A program made the position numbers and the translations under genes. From Camelus dromedarius (Eukaryota): a stretch of DNA of 64,000 nucleotides. The stretch lies in contig NC_087436.1 in the NCBI RefSeq assembly GCF_036321535.1, forward strand, positions 22,880,001 to 22,944,000, read 5' to 3'. Below the pieces are notes generated by a model. It worked only from the letters and a program-made list of their open reading frames with translations, was not told where the DNA came from and did no database searches. Below are positions 11,755 through 24,047 of the stretch, piece after piece (position 1 is the first letter of the stretch; each line of letters opens with the position of its first letter).

Positions 11755-13914
11755 AAGACAAAGACTATGAAGTGTCTCTTCTCACACACTCACAAACACA
11801 CAAACACACACACATGCAATCATACTCTTGTTCTAGTGTACAGGATTTTACATACTGTGTAGTCAATATTGCATCTTAGATATTTTTGTTCTGGAAAGAT
11901 TTTTTTTTTCATCTTTGGTGACGTGGGTGGGTGACACATCCTGGTCATTGCCATTGTGTCATTCACTCCCTGGTGTCACCCTGTGTTCACACCTGCATCT
12001 CTGGTCCCTGATGTGTCCATCTGCTCCCTTGAAGGAAATATTGCCTCAGAAGACAAAATAATCCTTACCAGCCCTTGCGCTTTCTCATGTGGTTTCTCAA
12101 AAGACTTCTCAGGAGCCCCATCCCCTTATTCTTGGTGTGAGACACACAGCTGGAGGACAGTTCCTGTGGTGGCTGAGCAGGAGTTTGACCACCACTAACC
12201 GGAAATTCCTCTTGCTCCTTCTCTTTCCCATGCAGAGTCTAGTCTTCAGTTTTCCCCTGGCTCCTCTCCCTGCCCTCTTTCTCCTACAGCTGCTGCTCCA
12301 GAACAATGTGTTTCCCTCCTAGTTTGTTGCACAACAGTTTCACCCTCTTCCCTGCAGCTTTGGAAGCTGTGGACACTCTGTTCTTGAGTTCTTTCATCTC
12401 CTGCCCCAAGCAAAGGTAGTTCCCATCTTTAGAGTAATCCTGGTGCCAGCTCTTTGGAAAGTAATATTTTTTCACCCTTTTAGACCAGCAGTAATAAGTA
12501 TGGTCATCATACAAAATTATATTATAACTAGAAATAATGAATCTTAGGATTCCTTTTCAGTATAACTGTATAAAGAGGGGCAAACATAATGAAATGGGGA
12601 CAAGAGAAAGAGGAGGCACCCCCCCAAAAGTCTCCATTTCAAGAAGAGAAATTCCTATTAGAGTTAGGCCGTTGCAGAATAGATTTTTGAAGGAAATCCT
12701 GAAAGAAAACTCCATCCTTGTGATTATCAAAGAACAACTGGAAAAAATAATTTGACATGTTTTCAAGGGCCAGTCTGTGTTGGCTGAGATGAGTGGGTCA
12801 GAAGTCCAAAACGGCTTTTGGAGGTTTCTAACCTCGACTTTCAGGTCAACCTAGTCCTTGTGAAATGGAAAGGAAAACACAGATCTAACTGCCCATATAA
12901 AAGTGCGATGCTCCTGAATCATTTTTCAGTGTAGGGTGTCAGAACCCATGTTTTCTACACTGTTGTCATCTGTGCCTTCAAGAAGAGCTCAGAGGGTACG
13001 GCATTTCATAAAAGAACTCTGCTTACGCCTCTAGAATTCCACTGAATTTCTGAGATCCAGCGCTGGCATTTTCTTCATCTTCAAGAAAGTATCACAGTGT
13101 TTTCAGACAATAATCAGCACTAACATCTCCTGGAATGGTTTCTAAGTCGTTTTCTGGCTGAGGGGTTGCAGCCTGTTAACCCCATCCCAACAGCCGGCTG
13201 CTTGAAGATGCCACCGGTTGTGAGGAACATGATTTCAGAGATGTTAAAAGTGGAAAACAATGCGTCGAGGGAATGTGGAGCTTACTGTTGTAACAACATA
13301 CATTATTGCAGTCTTCACGTCCGACAGTGTGTACTGTAGAAAGTCCTTTGTAACGTATATCCTTTTAATCTGGAAAATAAGCTTCTTAGGGATTTACTCT
13401 TACGTAGTTATTGTGAATGGGCAATTTGTTTAATGAAGATGTTCGTTTTTAGAAGTAAACATTTTGAAATAGGCCAGATGTCCATAGATGGGGAGTTGGT
13501 TAAGCAAAGTAGGATGCATTCTTTCCGCCTGCAGCCATTATGCCAAGCCATTGTTCCAGAAAGCAACGAACTTCAGTGAGAAGTGCATGTGCAGACAGGA
13601 GAAGCTGTGTGTGGCATTGTGAGAGTAACGATCAAGTTGTAAGACAATGCGCACAGTAAATTACCGGTAACGTTTATTTTCCTTTGTTTTGAATTTCTTT
13701 TTATACTTGTTATTAGAACAAAAGAACAATGCTGTTTTCTTTTTCATGTGTCCAAGCCATCCATAGAAAGGGTTGCAGGTTGACTGACATCACAGTTGGA
13801 TGGGTCCCACAGATTGTGCTGTAGATGTTATGCTGAATAAAAGGACAGATTAAAGAGCACCCCAAAGCACAGGAAGGGGCCACGAGGAGCAGTTCAGGGA
13901 ACAGAATGTTACGT

Positions 13915-14160
13915 GTTTATTAGCCTAAGGATTTTTGAGTGCCTGTTACATCCAGAGCACTGTGATAGGTGGTGTGAGTTAACGATTGTTTCACATTTTA
14001 ACACAATGCTTAGAGTTCAAGAAAGTAAGGGAGATGCATTAGTAAGATGCTCTGGCAGTTCCGAGGAAGGAAAAATTCATTCAAGTTTGGGGAGCAGTGG
14101 AGACTCTCTGCAGGAGGTGGCATTTGAGTTAAAACAAGATTAGAAAAGTGTTGAGAATGT
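13915..14160 (-). mobile_element. L2 fragment
   Basis: atttttgagtgcctgttacatccagagcactgtgatagg...gcaggaggtggcatttgag. Confidence 0.65.
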
Positions 14161-14226
14161 GCTGAATTGTATGAACAGTAGAAAAATCCCCTTAGACAAG
14201 CCATATGCGTTTCTGAAGTGTTATCT

Positions 14227-14545
14227 TTTTTTTCTTAATGAACTTGAAGTACAACATGCATGTATAAAAGGGCCCAAATCATAAATGTACTATTGGTTAG
14301 ATTTTCAAAGAGTGATCACTTGAAAATTAAGGGGAAAAAAATCAACTGACCCCACTAACCCCTTCCAGGTCCCCTTCCAGGCACTCGTCTCCTCAAGGGT
14401 AACCACTATCCCAACTTCAAATTCCATAGGTTAGTTCTGTGTGTTTTGACTTGATATTAACAGGATCATACAGAGTGCATTCTTTTATGTTTAGCATCTT
14501 TCACTCAACATTATGTGTATGAGTTTTATCTACATTGTTGAGGAT
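14227..14545 (-). mobile_element. Old L1 (L1ME-like) 3' fragment
   Basis: ggtaaccactatcccaacttc...ggatcatacagagtgcattctttt...tttcactcaacattatg is a typical antisense L1ME 3' UTR. Confidence 0.75.
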
Positions 14546-15889
14546 ATAATTCCAAACTATACTTTGGTGTGGACTTAACCTCCTAAAGGTATAAAAGTGT
14601 ATTAATCATATTTATAATCTCAATATCTGCTGTCATATTGGCTCAGAATTGGTGCTAAAATGAAGGTGTGTGACATATACGGAGGGATGGCTGAAAGAAA
14701 TTAGTTTTCTGAGCTGCAGAGCAAACGAATGCACTCAGCGAACAGTTACCAGTACCCAGGGTGCTAGTGGCACTGAACTAGTCCCTGGCAATGCTAAGAT
14801 GCACGTGCAAGGTCCTTTCTTCTATGAAACTCACACTCTGTTTAGGGGAGAAGTGAGATTCCCAAACAACACAGTTCTGCAGATGATGGTCTGCTTTTGA
14901 ATAATGCTTTTATATTCAGGCTGCCTGTCTGTTAAAACCACATGAAAGAGGGTCTAATTACATCCCATTTTCTAGTTGCTGAGGACATGGCTGCGTTTAA
15001 AAGAAGCCTCAAAGATTTTTAGGTCTAGAAAGAGCATTAGAGTGTGCTAACTCCCACATAAAGATCTTCTCACTCTGGTTACTGGCCATTGTGAATCAAA
15101 CAAAGGAATTTTGAAGTTTCTTAGGGATAAGAGAAACACAACACTGACTCTTGAAGTTTCTTGGAATGTCAGCCAAGCTTTCAGAGTATCCTCTCCACTT
15201 GGCTAATCAGGACTCGAGGATCTCTTGTCTCTGTAAAGGAATATGCGGTCTTGTAAATCACCATGTTACCTGGTCCAGAATAAAACGAAAAAGGTTATTT
15301 GACCACTTAACTTAATTACCATCTTTTCTAAAGCAAACAAATATGGCAAAGAAGACGTTAAATTATCGTTAAATATGGTATCTTTGTTTCTTTTAATGAT
15401 TACATGTCTTTTTGCAGCTTAGAAATGTGAAAGTTGTATAAACCTCATGTTCATCCTTTTGAGGTCATTTTACTATGAAACAGAAAGAAATCTTTCGAAA
15501 ATGAACATAATTCATTGTTTTAGTAGCTAAAAATTATCTTTAGTGTTTTAAAAAAAGAAGTATAAATGCACACTACTCCTTGTGTTACCGAGAAACCCCA
15601 AACAAATCCAGAAACAGAAGCACATTGAGCAAGAAGTAAACGTGATCATTAACTCTCTCCTCCACCCTCCCCATCATGGCAAGAAATACTGTTAACTGTT
15701 ACATGCACATCTGCCCAGAACTTCCACTTTAATTACAAACTGTATCATGTATGCATCAGGGTGCATGTAACATATATGTGAAGTTGAAGGATAATGACAA
15801 CTGCAAATAAAACATATTCCCAGCAATCAGGGTACTAACCAGATTATTCATAAATAGCACTTGAATAGTCCCTGGGCGCCCCTCCATGG

Positions 15890-16262
15890 TAGATTCAGGA
15901 CAGTGGCCCAGAGGCAGCCACTATCCTGAAGTTCTTAAATCGTCCCCTTACTTTGCTGTTTGTGCACCCCTAAAGATACACACACGTCTTTCTTTTGCTT
16001 GTTTTGCACGCTATATAAAACTGTGTATGTATATGTCACCTTTAATATAGATAAACTTTACATACAAGTATTATACAGCTGTATAAAATAGATTAATTTT
16101 GCATACGTAAAATCATTTTGTGTCTGGTTTTTCCCTTACCGTTATGTTTTTGGGATTCATCCATTTGCAGGCGTGGAGGATATTCCATTGTATGAATGTG
16201 CCATGGTTTATTTATCCATTTTTATCATTTCCTCTGTTGATAGACATTTAGATCTCTTCTCT
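15890..16262 (-). mobile_element. Old L1 (L1ME-like) fragment
   Basis: ccagaggcagccactatcctgaag, gattcatccat, tattccattgtatgaatgtgccatggtttatttatccatt, gttgatagacatttag. Confidence 0.7.
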
Positions 16263-17030
16263 TTTTAATTAAGGCCACTCCATATGACAGGAGGGTCTGG
16301 GTGAGGAGTGGGTTTTGTGCCTCCCTGGGAGAAGCAGCTGCTCCATCCTTCCAAGCCTGTACTCAGGTGGGGCCTCTCTGGCCCCCTTCCCTGTCCCTGG
16401 TCCTTCCCGGGAGAGCTACTACTGACTGCAGACCCCCCTGTGTTTGGGGCTCCCAGCTGTTCCAGGCTGGCATGTCATCCTGGCTTCTATATGGCTCCCA
16501 TCAATTTCTTAAAATGGTAGGTGATGTCTTCTTACCCTGCGATGCAGTGCCCTATCAGGTCAGCCTGTCTACACTTCCTCTCCTCCCTCCTTGGAATTCA
16601 TTGTCCTCGGGTTCCCTGTGCCCTCAGCCCTCGGATAGGTCAAGAAAAGTTAACAGTTCTGTAGTTTTTTCCTAGTTGTTTGTTTTTTCTTCCTCATTAA
16701 GCAAGAATAGCACTCTTCTCAGCAATCGAAATCATATGCAGAAGCAGAAGCCTGTTCTCTAGGACTTAATTCTATGTACTTTTTGCTGCACACACTATCT
16801 AATAAAAATATGCATAATGTTTAGTTGGATTTTCACAGATTTTTACCAATGCTTGACTCATTGCTTCTTCTTGCATCACAGACTTTTTGGTATCATTTTG
16901 CATCTTCCTAAGGTACATCATTTTAAAGTTTCCTTAATGAGAGTCTCTGAGCAATGTCTTTATTACAGTTAATGTATACATTTATTATAATGTCTTTATG
17001 TCCTTCCTCATAGAAAACTTTGTCTCTTCT

Positions 17031-17230
17031 CAGGGCTGGCAAACTGGGGCCACTTGGGCCAAGTCTGAAATGAGGTCTGTTTTTGTACAGTCCCATGCTA
17101 GGCATAGTTCTTACATTTTTCAAGTGGTAATAAAGAACAGAACAACAGCAAAAAGTAATATGTGACAGATGGCCTGCAAAACCTAAAGTATTTATGAATT
17201 GGCACATTATAGAAAGTTTGCCAACCTCTG
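17031..17230 (+). mobile_element. MER58C-like hAT-Charlie MITE
   Basis: TIRs cagggctggcaaact / agtttgccaacctctg; internal ggcctgcaaaacctaaagtattta. Confidence 0.85.
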
Positions 17231-18220
17231 GTCATAGTCTGTATTGACAGTTACTTTCTCCTGGCATTTAGAAGTTAATATTCTATTGTCTTTCAGCTTC
17301 CATCGTTGCTACAGAGAAGTCAGCATATAGTTATGCATCACTGCTCTGTAGTGTGCCTTTTCTCTCTGGCTGCTCTCAGCATCTTCCCTGTGTATCACAT
17401 GCTCTTCAGTTTCACTGTGAGGTATATGGGCCTGGAGCTTGTTATCAAGGAAATCCTTAGTTATGATCTTAGAACATTGCCTCTTCGTGCATCTCTCCGT
17501 GTGCTTCTGATCTTCCAAGTCAGCAAATGTGAAGTATTTTTACTTTATCTTGCGTATCTCTGAACCTCTTTTTACATGTTGTCTTCTCTGCATTCTGTAT
17601 CATATTTCAGCTCTTATCTCCTACCTCACTGCCTCTTTAGCTGTGTCTGTAATCTTTTGCATGGATTTTGAGTTGCATTTTTCATTTCTGCAAGTTTGCG
17701 TTCTGTTTCTGTTCAAATCTGTTTAGTCAGTTTTGACAGTCTCTTGATCTTTCATCATCTTTTCAGTCTCTTCTTTCTTGTCTTAAAAATAATAAACCCA
17801 TTCATTTTATATGCTGTTAATCTCTGCTGGCTTTGCACGTCTGCTTCTGTACTTTGTTTTTTTCTGAGCCCGAGTCCTGGAGGCTTATGTGTTTCATGTG
17901 TTTAGTGAATTTGACTGTGAGTTTATGTTCCTTAGAGCTTTTGCCATGAGAGGGTTTTTTGTGAGGCATGTGTTTATAGAGTTCTCCTTCTGGGAGACTG
18001 TGGGTTTGCTTCTGCCAAAAACCTCAGTGTACTAACCCAAGGTTGCTTTAAAACAATTTGGAGGGTAAGGTTTTACTGGTCACCCAGGAGGGTGAATTCC
18101 GGTCCTAACTGTGTAAATGTGTGTTTGGGGTGAGAAATAACCCAAGGGAGATTTTTTTTTTCTTTATCACACTCAGATCCAAGGCTTTAACAGAAGATTC
18201 TCCTACCAGGCAGGGTTTGG

Positions 18221-18247
18221 TTTTTTTTTTTTTTTTTTTTTTTTTTT
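18221..18247. repeat. Poly(T)27 run
   Basis: Read directly. Confidence 0.95.
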
Positions 18248-19289
18248 CTCTTTCTTTTTTCTGGTTCATCCATTTCAGGGCTGCCCTTGAGGGGTTCCAG
18301 CTTTACAGAGGAGTCTCCTCTCAGTCCTCCTATCCTACTGGGCCCCAAGCTTTGTTTTTTCCCCCTACAGGTGTGGTTCCTAAACCCTGGTTCAAGGCCA
18401 CCGAAAGCAGAAGACGCCCTCTGGGCGGCAGCCCTCATTGCTGGTTTACCTGTGTGGAATCCTCCCTTCTTTCTGTTTCTGGCCTCGTCCTCCAGCTCAT
18501 TTCTTTTCAAGAGATGTTTTGAATGTTTCATCCAATATATTTAGGTGTTTTTTACTGGAATTACTTTCTTTACTCACGCAGTACAGGAGTAGGTAAACCA
18601 GACCTTTTCTATTTATGTGTACTACGTATGCTTATGCTCTTCTCAAAAAGAAAAATACTGAGGCCTTTAAAAATGCAGTGTGCGATAATGGGAAGAAGAT
18701 GGGATTTGGAGATAGAAGACTCTGCATTCCTGCTCACTCACTTTACCCCCCACCCTGGAGCCCAGTTTTCTGGTCTGTAGAATGGAAATCTCTGCTTGAC
18801 CTGCCGTATGATGTATTATAAGAAAAAGAATAAGGTAATATATCTTTGAATGTAATAAATCGAATATCCATCAATGTATGGCATTATTTTTAATGATACT
18901 AAGAATAAACACTTCAGGCACTTGATATCAAGGGCTTTAAAGAAAAAAAGTAATGAATCCCAATTTCCTTAAGATGTCACATTTATCTCCCATTTCCTTG
19001 ATGCCAACCATAGTGAAATATTAGATCTAGGAGCTTCTGTGATCACAGTACCCTTGACATAAGTCAGTATACCTGTGGAGATCAGGTGTGTTGGCCTTGG
19101 GTCCTGTATGTGTATGTTTGTGTGTTGGCATAATCAGTGGAACCCTTGGTGGTGATTCCTTTTTGGCATCTGAATTATTGGCTTGTGCTTGTAGTTCCTT
19201 TGTCTGTTGATAACTTCTTCCACATAAATGAGTGGGTCTCTTGTAAAGGACGTCAGAGAAATTGGATGTATTTGCTGCAGTGTAAGCAC

Positions 19290-19710
19290 ATCACAGAAGT
19301 CTTGGGGTTGGAAGGGATCTGAAGGTCATCTAGTTTATCTTATTCCTACACCCTGCCCAGTTCAGTATTTGAACTCCCTCCTGCTGTATCTGCCTAGCAG
19401 CTGTCCGATTTAGGTTTAATTTCCTCCACCAGAAGAAACTACCATGCTGTCTTTGGAGACAGCAGAGTCTAGTTAACTTTTGATTGTTTCTTTGACTGGA
19501 TCTAAATATGCCTCCTTCTAACTTTCACCCATTGTTTCTTTCCAGTCCTGCCCTTGGACGTCGTAAGTAAGGCTGGCAAAGCCACCCCTACATAGTCAAA
19601 CGTTCGATGACAAATACTGTTTTGCCGTTTCATCTTTTTCTAATCTGAGGGGAAATCTCAAGTTCCCACATTTCCTCGTAACAAATATTTTCCTGTTTTC
19701 TCACTGCCTG
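19290..19710 (-). mobile_element. L3/CR1 LINE 3' fragment
   Basis: tcacagaagtcttggggttggaagggatctgaaggtcatctagt...aaatatgcctccttctaactttcacccattg...cagtcctgccct matches antisense L3. Confidence 0.75.
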
Positions 19711-19749
19711 TTTAGCTCAAAGTGCGTGATGCATGGGCGTAGCTCCTGG

Positions 19750-19945
19750 AACACATTAGCTCGTTTAGTCGGCATGTCCATCCTAACGGGGTAGGTGTTA
19801 CGATTATCCCTCATTTTACAGATGAAGAAACTGGACCTGCAGACGCCAAGAAGTTGCTTGAGGATACATTCTTAGTAAGAGGTGCAGCTGGGACTCTATC
19901 CCTGGTCTCACTGGCTCCAGAAGCCAGACCTCACTCACCGATTTA
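19750..19945 (-). mobile_element. MIR SINE
   Basis: MIR core attatccctcattttacagatgaagaaactg...ttagtaagaggtgcagctgggac...ggctccagaagcc. Confidence 0.85.
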
Positions 19946-20119
19946 CCACTGTTCCCTCTCCCTGTTCCTCCTTAAGGTTAGTGCCTGGGAAAACACACTG
20001 TTCCAGGTGTGGACTCACCTAAATTGGTCAGAGTGGGGCTGTCCTCTCCTGCCATCTGCAAAGGTTGCCTGAGGACAGGCAACCATCAGGCCTGCCCTGA
20101 GGGTATGGCTCTTCAGCAT

Positions 20120-20330
20120 ATGCAGTTTTATTTTAAAATTTAAAATTAATAACCAGTGTTTAGAAAAAAGGAAGATATCACATAGAAATCCCCCTTTCCA
20201 ACTTCTCTGGAAAATCAGGAACTCTGGTAACCCTGGGCTCTCATTCCGAAAAAGCAGCCATTGCTAGGGGCAAAGCAGTGGCTCTGTCTAAAGACAAGGC
20301 ATGTGTTCCTAGGTCACTGTCTCTTCATGA
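20120..20330 (+). mobile_element. MER102-like hAT-Charlie fragment
   Basis: agatatcacatagaaatcc...cttctctggaaaatcaggaactctggtaaccctgggctctcattcc. Confidence 0.6.
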
Positions 20331-20631
20331 CCTCCATACCCTGTAGCCATCTGAGGGTATGAGCCCAGCATCCAGGTGTTAACGTTTTCTGTCTGAAACT
20401 GAAGGGCACTTTGGCTCTTTGGGCTGCTGCATTATTATTGTCTTGTGCTGGAGTCACGAGCCTCTGAAATTGCTTTCTGTGTGTGCCAGTAGACAAGATT
20501 CTCTGCTCTAGTCTTATGTGACTGGTTTTGTGGGTCAATAAATATAGGAGTAATTTTTTTCTCATGCATCCCATTAAATTTTATTTAATTAGATCAACTA
20601 GTTAAAATTCAGTGCCTTTTCTTTTCCAAAC

Positions 20632-21488
20632 AGTAGCTGAGGGAGTTCACCAACACTGGACCTGCCTTACGGGAAATATTGGAAAGAGTTCTTCTACCAG
20701 AAACAAAAAGGTGAAAGTACTGATTAAAGTGATAAATATACAGAATCATAAAATTACAACACTGTATCAGAATAGGCTTTTAAAAACAGCATAGCATAAA
20801 AGTTAAAGGGGAAAAAAGCAGTAAAAAAATAACTATAGCTGCTTCAGTTTGGTTACAGACTCACAATATTAAAAAGGGGTAATTTGAGACAGCAAAATAT
20901 AAAAAGGGAAAAGGAAAAAGGTGGAACCTGTATAGATAAATTAAGATGCTGTCAGCATAAAAAGCATTGTTTTATCTGAGACATTTTGTACAAACCTCAT
21001 GGGAACCACAAAACATAAATCTAAAGCAGAGACACAAAACATAAAAAAGAGGAAATTGAGAGAAATGTAATAGAAAACCACCAAACTAAAATGGCAGACA
21101 GAAACACAAGGAAGAAGGAAAAATGGAAATGTAGAGCAACCAGAAAACAAAAAATAAAATGGCAGTACTAAGTCCTCATTTATCAGTCACCCTAAATGTG
21201 AATGGACTGCATTCACCAATCAAAAAAGAGTGGCTGGGTGGATTAAAACACAAGACTCAACTGTATGCTGCTTCCAAGAGACTCACTTCGGCTCTAAAGA
21301 CAAACATAGACTCAAAGTGAAGGGATGGAAGCTGATACTCCAAGCAAATGACAGCCCCCCCTCCCCGAGAAAAGCAGTTGTAGCTTTACTCATATAAGAC
21401 AAAATAGACCTCAAGCCAGAAAAGGTAAGATGAGACAAATATGTACATTGCATAATGATAAAGATGACAGTTCACAACAAAACATGTT

Positions 21489-21539
<51 letters not shown>

Positions 21540-22178
21540 CTAGCATAAGAGTACCAAAACATACAAAGCAATTATTAATAGACCTAAAGGGAGAAATTGA
21601 CACCACCACAAATAGAATAATACCTCACTTGCATTGATGGATAGATCTTCCAGACAGAAACTCAACATGGGAACAGCAGCCTTAAATGAAACATTAGACC
21701 AGATGGAGCTGATCAATTTACACAGAACATTCCAACCAAATTTAGCAGAATGCACATTCTTCTCAAGTGCACATGAACATTCTCAAGGATAGACCATATG
21801 TTGGGACATAAAACAAGTCTCAATAAATTTAAGAAGATTGAAATCATGTCAAGCATCTTTTCTGTTCATAATGGTGTGAAACTAGAAGTCAACTACAAGA
21901 AGAAAGCTAGAAAATTGTATGGAGACTGAACTACATGCTACTGAGCAACTATTGGGTCAAGGAAGAAATCAAAGGATAAACCAAAAAAATACCTGAAGAC
22001 AAATGAAAATGAAAACACAGCATGCCAAAATCTGTGATATCAAATGCAGCAAAAGGGGTACTCAGAGGGATGTTTTTAGCACAACACAAGCCTACTTCAA
22101 GAAACAAGAACATTTTCAAATAATCTAAAGGAACTAGAACAACAAATAAAGCCCCAGATCAGTAGAAGGAAGGAAACA
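20632..22178 (+). mobile_element. L1 relic, left part: ORF1 C-terminus, inter-ORF spacer and ORF2 endonuclease domain (degenerate)
   Basis: gctgagggagttcaccaacact (ORF1 end, LREFTNT); ORF2 start near 21159 with ctaaatgtgaatggactg (LNVNGL), tgctgcttccaagagactcac (CCxQETH), acattctcaaggatagaccatatg (TFSRIDH); many stops and frameshifts. Confidence 0.92.
21492..21534. repeat. (CA)n microsatellite inside L1 ORF2
   Basis: About 21 perfect units read directly. Confidence 0.95.
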
Positions 22179-23455
22179 CAGTTGACCTTTGAACAACATT
22201 GGTTTGAATTGCATGGATTCACTTACATGCAAATCTTTTTCAATAAATACATTGGGAAAATTTTGGAGATTTGTGACAATTTGAAAAACTCACAGATGAA
22301 CTGCATAGCCTAGAAATACAAAAAAAAATGTAACAGGTATATCATGAATGCATAAAATATATATAGATACTAGTCTGTATCACTTACTACCATAAAATGT
22401 ATACAAATCTACTATAAAAAGCTAAAATTTATCAAAACCTATACACATACACTTACAGATCATATATGACACCATTCACAGTTGAGAGAAATGTAAACAA
22501 ACATAAAGATGCACTAGTAAATCGTAAGTGCAAACAATTAACTAGTACATACTGCACTACTGTAATAATTTTGTAGCCACGTCCTTTTTCTATTGTGGTG
22601 AGCTCAAGTATTGCACATATCCACTTAAAACACCATGTGACACTCATCTCTGTGTGAGCAGTTGTCTCTCCGGTAAATTGCATATCCTAGTAAAAAGTGA
22701 TCTCTTGTGGATATTGTGTATTTTTCATGTTTAGTGCAATACTGTAAACCTTAATATTACCAGGGGACCCATATGAAGTGCCACCCTAGCGGTGCTGTAA
22801 GTGCTCCCAGCAGAAAAAAGCCATGATGTAACAAGAAAAGGTTGACTCATTTGATACGTACCATAGGTTGAGGTCTGCAGCTGCAGTTGCTTTTTATTTC
22901 AAGATTAATTAATCCAGTATAAGGATCATTATTTTAAAAAAATTAGAAATAAAAGGAAACTTGTGCAGCCATTGCTATAGCTATGCTTGAAGGAGTGAAA
23001 ACCTTGTACTTTTTGAAAAATACCTTCCCATCTCCTGTTGAAAATGCAGCTTCTATGGGAGTGTAGGATAGTCATACAATGGGAATATAGGTAGAAAGGT
23101 ACACGTTTAGACTCTAATGTGATTCAAAAAGAAGCAAAGTCATTTTATGACTCGAGGCGAGAGGAAGCAAGAGGAAGATGAAGGACCTAGAGCTGGAGAA
23201 TTTAACGCCAACAAAGGATGGTTTGATAATTTTAGAAAGAGGTTTGGCTTAAAAATGTCAAGAAAACAGGGGAAGCATCTTCTGCAGACCAAGAGGCAGG
23301 ATATGAGGGCAGTTCTGAGTGTTTATATTACCATTTAGGCTTCCAGTCAACAGTAGGCCATCAGTAAATCTTAGGGGAAGTCAAAATTTATACATGGATT
23401 TTCAACTGCATGAGGGGTCAGCACCCCTATCCTCATGTTGTTCAAAGGTCAGCTA
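22179..23455 (+). mobile_element. Internally deleted Tigger2 (TcMar-Tigger DNA transposon), about 1.28 kb
   Basis: TIRs cagttgacctttgaacaaca / tgttgttcaaaggtcagcta; transposase N-terminal relic including ORF 23147-23338 GEFNANKGWFDNFRKRFGLK (CENP-B-type HTH); flanked by ca/ta (TA target, one side mutated). Confidence 0.93.
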
Positions 23456-24047
23456 TATTAAAAAATTAAAGCAGAAATAAATGAAATAAGAAACTAAAAA
23501 GACAATAGAAAATATCAATGAAATGAAGAGATGGCTCTTTGAAAACATACACAAAACTGACAAACCTTTAGCTGGACTCACTAATTAAAAAGAGAAGGCT
23601 CTGATAAATCAGAAAGGAAAGAGTAGAAAGAACAATGTATACCACGGAAATGCAAAGGATTATAAGAACATTTTGAACAGCTATACCTCAACAAATTGGA
23701 CAACCTAGAAGAAACAAACGACTTCTTAGAATTATATAACTTTCCAAGACTGATCATGAAGAAATAAGAAAATATTGATAGACTGAGCACTAGTAAAGAG
23801 ATTGAAACAGTAGTCAGACACCTCCCAAAACACAGAAGACCAGGACCAGATGGCTTCATAGGTGAATTCTAGCAAACAGTCTCAAGAACATTTAATACCT
23901 ATACTTCTCAAACTCTTCCAAAAATTGAAGAGGGGGGAATACTTAATTCATGTTATAAGGCCAACGTTACCCTGACACCAAAGTCACAAACCAAACCAAA
24001 CAAGAACAAACATGTAGATACAAAATCAGAATGCTTGTTTCCAGAGG
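23456..24047 (+). mobile_element. L1 relic, right part: ORF2 up to the start of RT, joined directly to a 3' UTR fragment
   Basis: agaccaggaccagatggcttcataggtgaattc (PGPDGF.GEF), ctcaaactcttccaaaaattgaagag, ttaccctgacaccaaa, then aaccaaaccaaacaagaacaaacatgtagatac...ccagagg (3' UTR-like). Confidence 0.88.

Larger units (their letters stand above)
16760..18610 (-). mobile_element. HAL1/L1ME-like ORF1 and 5' region relic
   Basis: gcttccatcgttgctacagagaagtcagc, ctctctggctgctctcagcatcttc and ttcagtttcactgtg are antisense L1/HAL1 ORF1 motifs; contains a nested MER58 and a T27 run. Confidence 0.6.

Noticed and set aside
18187..18531. Lysine-rich ORF with an apparent nuclear localisation signal
   Set aside because: The poly-K run is the translation of the T27 homopolymer inside a HAL1/L1-like relic
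21455..21637. ORF with a TH repeat
   Set aside because: Translation of a (CA)n microsatellite inside degenerate L1 ORF2
23147..23338. Domesticated TIGD/CENP-B-like gene
   Set aside because: A short open stretch of a transposase relic with upstream stops and frameshifts, no DDE domain, and still bounded by TIRs
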